Shown here piece after piece: positions 59,032 to 64,000 of a stretch of 64,000 nucleotides of DNA. Every line of letters starts with the position of its first letter. The stretch's first letter is position 1. The stretch comes from a virus. A model generated the notes under the pieces. The model ran no database searches. It saw nothing but the letters and a program-made list of their open reading frames with translations, and was not told the DNA's origin. Position numbers and translations under genes: made by a program. Location: the IMG/VR virus record IMGVR_UViG_3300030060_005695. The stretch is one strand, 5' to 3'.

Positions 59032-59055
59032 CCACAAATTAATTTTTTATATTTG
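59025..59055 (+). promoter_or_regulatory. Canonical Bacteroidota housekeeping promoter upstream of the sigma gene
   Basis: TTG at 59025, 20-nt spacer, TATATTTG (TAnnTTTG) at 59048-59055. Confidence 0.7.
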
Positions 59056-59071
59056 TACACATATAATATAT

Positions 59072-59113
59072 CTGACAAAAAGTCAGTTAATATTAAATGG
59101 TACGCTTATTGTA
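59072..59113 (+). promoter_or_regulatory. Palindrome CTGAC-N5-GTCAG plus sigma54-like -24/-12 element
   Basis: CTGACAAAAAGTCAG at 59072-59086; TGGTACG-CTTA-TTGT at 59098-59112 with GG-N10-G(T) spacing. Confidence 0.5.
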
Positions 59114-59145
59114 CTATAGTATAGTAACTAATAAAAATTAATATA

Positions 59146-59943
59146 ATGGCAAAAAATACATTTATAAATCAGGCAGAAATATCACATTACTTAAAAGATG
59201 TGAGAAAAAGAAAAGTACTAACACCAGCTAGAGAAAAAGAATTAGCTAAAATAATGTTAGATAAGAATACCCCGATAGAAAAAAGAGAAGAAGTACATTT
59301 AGAATTACTAGAGGGAAACCTTAGATTTGTTATTAGTGTAGCGAAAGACTATCAAGGACAAGGGGTTGAACTTTCTGATTTAATTGCAGAAGGTAATTAT
59401 GGTTTACTTAAAGCGATAAAAAACTTTGATTGGGATAAAGGTTTTAGGTTTATTTCTTACGCTGTCTGGTGGGTTAAACAATCTATACTACAATGTCTAA
59501 ACGAAAACGCTAGGACTATAAGACTACCGGTGAACATAATTCAAGAACTACAAAGAGAAAAGAAAAAAATTAGTCAGGAAATAGAAAAGTGGAATAGTAA
59601 ACTTGCTATGTTACCAGTAACAATTAACTATGACCGACCAATAAATGAAGAAGGTGATACTCTCATAGATATATTAGTTAATCCAGATGCTGAAAATCCT
59701 GAAGATATTTTTGCAGATGAAGTTAATTTAAAAGATGAACTTTATAAATTAATGTCTAGTCTAGATGAAAGAGAAAGAAACATTATTATAGACTATTATG
59801 GTCTATGTGGTACACCGATGACCCTACAAGAAATTGGGGACGGACTAAGTCTAACTAAAGAAAGAGTAAGACAAATAAAAGAAAAAGTATTAAGAAAATT
59901 AAGAAATGACAGCTACCAACTGTTAGAATACCTGGGTGATTAA
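59146..59943 (+). CDS. RNA polymerase sigma-70 family factor (RpoD/SigA-like, lacking region 1.1)
   Basis: YLKDV, NLRFVISVAKDY, DLIAEGNYGLLKA, GFRFISYAVWWVKQSI, RTIRLP, TLQEIG..LSLTKERVRQIKEK. Confidence 0.93.
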   Translation: MAKNTFINQAEISHYLKDVRKRKVLTPAREKELAKIMLDKNTPIEKREEVHLELLEGNLRFVISVAKDYQGQGVELSDLIAEGNYGLLKAIKNFDWDKGFRFISYAVWWVKQSILQCLNENARTIRLPVNIIQELQREKKKISQEIEKWNSKLAMLPVTINYDRPINEEGDTLIDILVNPDAENPEDIFADEVNLKDELYKLMSSLDERERNIIIDYYGLCGTPMTLQEIGDGLSLTKERVRQIKEKVLRKLRNDSYQLLEYLGD

Positions 59944-59964
59944 TATTTATCAATAAAGATAAAA

Positions 59965-61344
59965 ATGAAAAAAAGACTTTTTCCGTTATTAATTGCGTTA
60001 TCTGCATTGGCAGTATCTGGTTCAGCAGCCTTCTATTCAGTGTTTGGATTAAGTAAACTATTCGCCGGAGCTTCCACCCAAGTAATAATAATGGCAGGTT
60101 CACTAGAATTCGCAAAACTTGTAGTAGCTTCACTCTTATATCAATATTGGGACACAATTAACAGAGCTTTAAAAATATATCTTTCATTAGCCTGTTTTAT
60201 ACTTATCTTAATTACTAGTGGTGGTATATATGGATTCCTATCCGGAGCATATCAAGAAACAGCAACTAAATCTGAGTTATTAGACAAATCTTTAGCAATA
60301 ATAAACCAAAAACAAATTAGATTTGAAGAACAAAAAACGGACTTAACACTCGAAAAAACACAATTAAACCAATCAATCTCAGAACTAAGAATATCCCTAT
60401 CAAACCCAAGTTCAGTATCGTATTATGATAAAGAGGCTGAACAGGTAATTACAACAACTTCTAGTTCTACAAGACGAGCTTTACAAAAAGAATTAGAAAA
60501 CACAATAAAAGATAGAGATGAGATTAACATAAAATTAGAAGCTGTTCTTGACTCTATAAATTCAACTGATGTATTATTGTTAGATAAAGAAGTTAGTAAC
60601 GAAGCTGAAAGAGAATTAGGACCTTTAAAATACTTAGCGGAAACTACCGGTAAACCAATGAATGAGGTAGTTAATTGGTTTTTATTATTAATTATATTTG
60701 TATTTGACCCACTAGCAATCGCATTAGTCGTAGCAGCGAATTTCGCATTTGCACAAATAAAACCAAAAAAAGAAGAATTCATAGTCCAAACCAGTGGGAT
60801 TGACCCTAAAGATGTAAAAATGTCAAAACCAGACGGTTTAGAATTTGATACACCATATACTATGGAAGAAGTGTCAGAAGCTTTTGCAAGACAAGATAAA
60901 AAAGATGAAACTAAAGAGGAAGAACTATTTGAACAGGAAGTTATAGATGACCAATACTTTGAAGACTTAGAAAATTATATAAATTATACATCAGAAGAAA
61001 AACAGATGGATATAGATGAACAAAGAATGAATATCATAGGTCAAAACGGTAATGATGGTTTACATTACGACGAGACAGATATCCCATTAGATAGATTAAC
61101 AGACACCACACAAACTTTAATAGTAGACAGTAAAAAAGATGTGAGGGTTATTAAAACTAATGATGATTTAGAAGAAGAAGAACTAATAGCTTTAAGTAAA
61201 GAAGTAGGTAAAAATGAAATAATTGAAGAAATAAAACCAATAAATCCTACTGAAAAAGAACTTGAAAAATTAGCAGAAGCACTTAATATTAGTAAAAAAG
61301 AACAGGAAGATGACAACAAAACACTTAGATATAAGGGAAGATAA
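59965..61344 (+). CDS. Membrane protein: 3 N-terminal TM helices, coiled coil, 4th TM, acidic tail
   Basis: AAFYSVFGLSKLFAGA, LEFAKLV, ITSGGIYGFLS, ELGPLKYLA, IIFVFDPLAIAL. Confidence 0.7.
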   Translation: MKKRLFPLLIALSALAVSGSAAFYSVFGLSKLFAGASTQVIIMAGSLEFAKLVVASLLYQYWDTINRALKIYLSLACFILILITSGGIYGFLSGAYQETATKSELLDKSLAIINQKQIRFEEQKTDLTLEKTQLNQSISELRISLSNPSSVSYYDKEAEQVITTTSSSTRRALQKELENTIKDRDEINIKLEAVLDSINSTDVLLLDKEVSNEAERELGPLKYLAETTGKPMNEVVNWFLLLIIFVFDPLAIALVVAANFAFAQIKPKKEEFIVQTSGIDPKDVKMSKPDGLEFDTPYTMEEVSEAFARQDKKDETKEEELFEQEVIDDQYFEDLENYINYTSEEKQMDIDEQRMNIIGQNGNDGLHYDETDIPLDRLTDTTQTLIVDSKKDVRVIKTNDDLEEEELIALSKEVGKNEIIEEIKPINPTEKELEKLAEALNISKKEQEDDNKTLRYKGR

Positions 61345-61864
61345 GATAAATCAAATACTGTTATGTAATACTAATAGAGACATTAAAAATTACTTAAAGG
61401 GACTAAAATTTAGAAATAACGGTAAATACGAAAAAATACCAAATTATATAATAGATAAAAAAGGTGAAATTCATACACCAACGGACAAAGATGTCTCTAA
61501 ACACTATCTATTTGGTTATAGAAACGAGGGTGTTATTGTAGTGTGTTTAGAAAATAGGGGTTGGTTAAAAAGAAGAAGTACTGACGGTAAGTATGTTGAT
61601 TGGTTGGGGGATATTTATAGTAGTAAAACATTCTCTAAAAAATGGAGAAATAAACTGTTTTGGGATAAATATACTGATAAACAAATAGAAACAACTAAAA
61701 AACTAATAGATAAAATATGTAAAAATAAAAATATACCTAATGAATTTATAGGTCACAACGTTTTAGTTGATGGTATAGAAAATTTTAAAGGTATAGTATC
61801 TAGAAGTAATTATAATGAATATTGGACAGACATAAACCCATCATTTAATTTTGAAATATTATGA
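61310..61864 (+). CDS. N-acetylmuramoyl-L-alanine amidase-like (Amidase_2 fold), Zn ligands apparently degenerate
   Basis: IPNYIIDKKGEI, VCLEN.GWL, YTDKQIE, GIVSRSNY...TDINPSF. Confidence 0.65.
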   Translation: MTTKHLDIREDKINQILLCNTNRDIKNYLKGLKFRNNGKYEKIPNYIIDKKGEIHTPTDKDVSKHYLFGYRNEGVIVVCLENRGWLKRRSTDGKYVDWLGDIYSSKTFSKKWRNKLFWDKYTDKQIETTKKLIDKICKNKNIPNEFIGHNVLVDGIENFKGIVSRSNYNEYWTDINPSFNFEIL

Positions 61865-62400
61865 AAAAAATAAATAACATAAAAGATTATACCGAGTATA
61901 CTAATAATAGATACGACGAAATGAAATCTTTATTAAACAAATCTAGAAGGTTAACTGAACAAGTCACAGATATTGAAGATATTACTTTAGATAGGGAAGA
62001 AGAAAAAACCAAAGAATATGACGTATCTAGTGGAAAAATTATTGTTCATGGATACACCACTTCAGACATAACTTTAACGGACGAAGAAAAAAATACCTAC
62101 CAAGAAACTATGGACGACTTCATAGAACAAGTTTCTGATTTAGTAGACTATAACGCTTTAAATATATATGATAATAACGTAGAGTGGTCTGGTGTTTTAG
62201 TTAAGTTTGATACTGAATTTTTTTACAGTGTAGGTGAAGAAAATGGTGTTTATATAACTGGAAGTATGGTTAAAATAGATAGTGAAGCATTAGAGATGCT
62301 TAATAAGTTAAAAGATTATTATCAGATTTTTTCTGCAAAATGGGCAGCTGTATTAGCTGATAGAAAATCAACTAAAAAGATGGAGGAAGAAAACGAGTAA
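61861..62400 (+). CDS. Hypothetical acidic protein
   Basis: 179 aa, coupled ORF, RRLTEQ motif. Confidence 0.6.
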   Translation: MKKINNIKDYTEYTNNRYDEMKSLLNKSRRLTEQVTDIEDITLDREEEKTKEYDVSSGKIIVHGYTTSDITLTDEEKNTYQETMDDFIEQVSDLVDYNALNIYDNNVEWSGVLVKFDTEFFYSVGEENGVYITGSMVKIDSEALEMLNKLKDYYQIFSAKWAAVLADRKSTKKMEEENE

Positions 62401-62401
62401 T

Positions 62402-62713
62402 ATGGAATTTTTAAAAAAATCATGGAAATTTATAGTTGGTATCATTGGATTCTTTATAGGGTTTGTTTGGTTCATGAACGCTAACAGCAGTAAAAAAGTT
62501 AAAAAGATTAAAAGAAATATTAAATCTAACGAGAAGAAAACCAAAGAAGTTGATAAAAAAATAGAGAATGTAAAAAAGAAAAAGAAGAAGACAAAGAAAA
62601 AGATTGCGGATACAGATAAAGAACTCAAAGAACTTAAAACTAAAAAACCGGTAGTTAAAAAGAAAACAGGAAAACAGGCAACTAATTCCTTAAAAAATAG
62701 ACTTAAAAAATGA
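62402..62713 (+). CDS. Single-TM, Lys-rich coiled-coil protein (i-spanin-like topology)
   Basis: N-terminal TM FIVGIIGFFIGFVWF followed by a basic coiled coil. Confidence 0.45.
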   Translation: MEFLKKSWKFIVGIIGFFIGFVWFMNANSSKKVKKIKRNIKSNEKKTKEVDKKIENVKKKKKKTKKKIADTDKELKELKTKKPVVKKKTGKQATNSLKNRLKK

Positions 62714-63084
62714 AAAAACTAATAATAATACTACTATTGTTTACTCCAGTATGGGTACTATCACAAACTCACACTTTTACAGAAAAAGAAGTAATTGAAA
62801 TGGACTCCTTATTCCAGGTTTATGAACAAACTGATAGTTTACAGAAATTAGAAATTAAGTTACTTAAAACACAACTAGTAAATTACAAAACATTACACAC
62901 CCAAGACAGTTTACATATAGCTTTTATGGGTGAGAAAACAAACCTCTTAAATCAAAGAATAGATTTATATATAGATTTAACAAAAGAATTACAACCTAAA
63001 TGGTATAATAAACCTGTAGTTCACTTCTTTTTAGGTGCTGCAACAATTGTTACTGCTTCTTGGGTCGTATCCAACGTTAAGTAG
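62710..63084 (+). CDS. Secreted coiled-coil protein with C-terminal TM anchor (possible spanin partner)
   Basis: Signal peptide MKKLIIILLLFTPVWVLSQ, coiled coil, PKWY...FFLGAATIVTASWVV; overlaps the previous gene. Confidence 0.5.
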   Translation: MKKLIIILLLFTPVWVLSQTHTFTEKEVIEMDSLFQVYEQTDSLQKLEIKLLKTQLVNYKTLHTQDSLHIAFMGEKTNLLNQRIDLYIDLTKELQPKWYNKPVVHFFLGAATIVTASWVVSNVK

Positions 63085-63096
63085 TATTTATAGTAT

Positions 63097-63339
63097 ATGG
63101 CATTAACTAACACAGATAAAAGAGAAATCGAAAGAATCGCTCGTAAAGAGATAAAAGATTTCATGAATAAACCCCAGTTTAAAAACGAGGTACAAAAAGT
63201 TGTAGCGGATGAAATTAAAAAAGGGAGAAATACTAGGGCAGAAATCGTAGATATAGTTAGTAAGGTAATGTTAGAATTATATAAAACATTCTGGTTTAGA
63301 CGTAGTATGTGGCAATCAGAAATTAAAAGAGTAAAATAA
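63097..63339 (+). CDS. Hypothetical protein
   Basis: 80-aa ORF after a TATTTAT motif. Confidence 0.6.
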   Translation: MALTNTDKREIERIARKEIKDFMNKPQFKNEVQKVVADEIKKGRNTRAEIVDIVSKVMLELYKTFWFRRSMWQSEIKRVK

Positions 63340-64000
63340 TGGGGATAAAAAATAACTTTGAAAAAGCATTAAAAAAAGCAATAAGTAAAGACCCTATGGG
63401 TTATAAAGCTATTTTAGATGAAGACCATGATTGTGAAAAGATTCATCCAGAAATGACTCATGAGGAATGGAGTAAAACCAAAGAAAAAGAAATGGATGAA
63501 GCGACTACCGCAGCAAGTGCTGGAGCTTTTGTGGCACCTATGGGATTTGACCCTAGATTTGCTGGGGAGAAAAAGAAAAAAAAGAAGAAACAAGAAGAAT
63601 TTGATGAAGCAACTACAGCTGCAAGTTCTGGTGCATATGTCACACCACAAATGTGGGCAAAAGATGAAAAAAACTGGAGAGGAAAAGCAAAAACACAATG
63701 GCCAGGAGGAAAATTTGTAAAAGTAAAGAAAAAATGTAGTACTTTCCCTTATTGTAATCAGGGTGATATTAACGCTTTAGAATTAACAGATAATAAAATG
63801 GTTAAAGCTGCGATAACTGAAGTAGCAAAAAAAACAGGTAAAGATAAAACTTACATAAAAGAACTAGTTAAGAAAGAAATAGAAGAGATTATAAGAAGAA
63901 GTATCTATAAATCTCCTATAACTAGTTTAGTTGGGACAGGTAAAATGAACACACCAATAGGACAAATATATACTATGGGGTCAAATGTTGGTGGAAAATA
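63339..64000 (+). CDS. Hypothetical protein, 3'-truncated (absent from the ORF track)
   Basis: ATG at 63339 overlaps the previous TAA; frame open to window end: MGIKNNFEKALKKAISKDPMGYKAILDEDHDCEKIHPEMTHEEW...DEATTAASAGAFVAP...DEATTAASSGAYVTPQMWAK...KKCSTFPYCNQGDINAL... Confidence 0.8.
   Translation, partial: MGIKNNFEKALKKAISKDPMGYKAILDEDHDCEKIHPEMTHEEWSKTKEKEMDEATTAASAGAFVAPMGFDPRFAGEKKKKKKKQEEFDEATTAASSGAYVTPQMWAKDEKNWRGKAKTQWPGGKFVKVKKKCSTFPYCNQGDINALELTDNKMVKAAITEVAKKTGKDKTYIKELVKKEIEEIIRRSIYKSPITSLVGTGKMNTPIGQIYTMGSNVGGK

Noticed and set aside
30-63720. Many short antisense or alternate-frame ORFs in the track (e.g. 3043-3330, 5008-5430, 15200-15628, 24706-25047, 57214-57558, 63460-63720)
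   Set aside because: They lie fully inside well-supported genes, have low-complexity shadow translations and no motifs.
1-64000. Stop-codon reassignment
   Set aside because: Code 11 gives full-length genes at very high coding density; TAG and TGA end genes at sensible boundaries.

Overview
This is a gene-dense, AT-rich segment of a large (jumbo-type) tailed dsDNA phage with a contractile-tail baseplate, almost entirely on the + strand and read in the standard code. The host is probably a Bacteroidota (Flavobacteriia-like). Evidence: TTG-N20-TAnnTTT(G/A) promoters, no Shine-Dalgarno motifs, an SSB ending DEDLPF, SprB-like repeats, a DUF6576-like domain and a short Bacteroidota-type sigma70. 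Layout: (1) 1-3.7 kb, baseplate hub/M23 protein and two small ORFs; (2) 3.7-11.1 kb, replication/recombination block (gp32-like SSB, RecA/UvsX, FKBP PPIase, 5'-3' exonuclease, DnaB-like helicase, B12-dependent NrdJ); (3) 11.2-48 kb, baseplate/tail-appendage block including gp25- and gp6-like wedges, a 2902-aa extremely Cys-rich modular protein, an orphan nucleotidyltransferase, SprB-repeat, dockerin-like and split tail-collar proteins; (4) 48-60 kb, RuvC, primase, PD-(D/E)XK nuclease, SbcD and SbcC separated by a DegT+GT2/M23 island, a glutaredoxin-like protein and a sigma factor; (5) 60-64 kb, membrane/lysis-like genes and head-associated-looking ORFs. The leading candidates for new biology are a Cys-rich modular virion appendage system with possible phage-encoded folding/redox helpers, and a pervasive (S/T)-(G/A)-x-(T/S) motif restricted to virion proteins (possible glycosylation tag). 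Also notable are split or re-partitioned genes, a three-tier promoter architecture with apparently leaderless mRNAs and a sigma54-like site, and apparent GATC avoidance. All family assignments come from motif recognition by eye; no searches were run.
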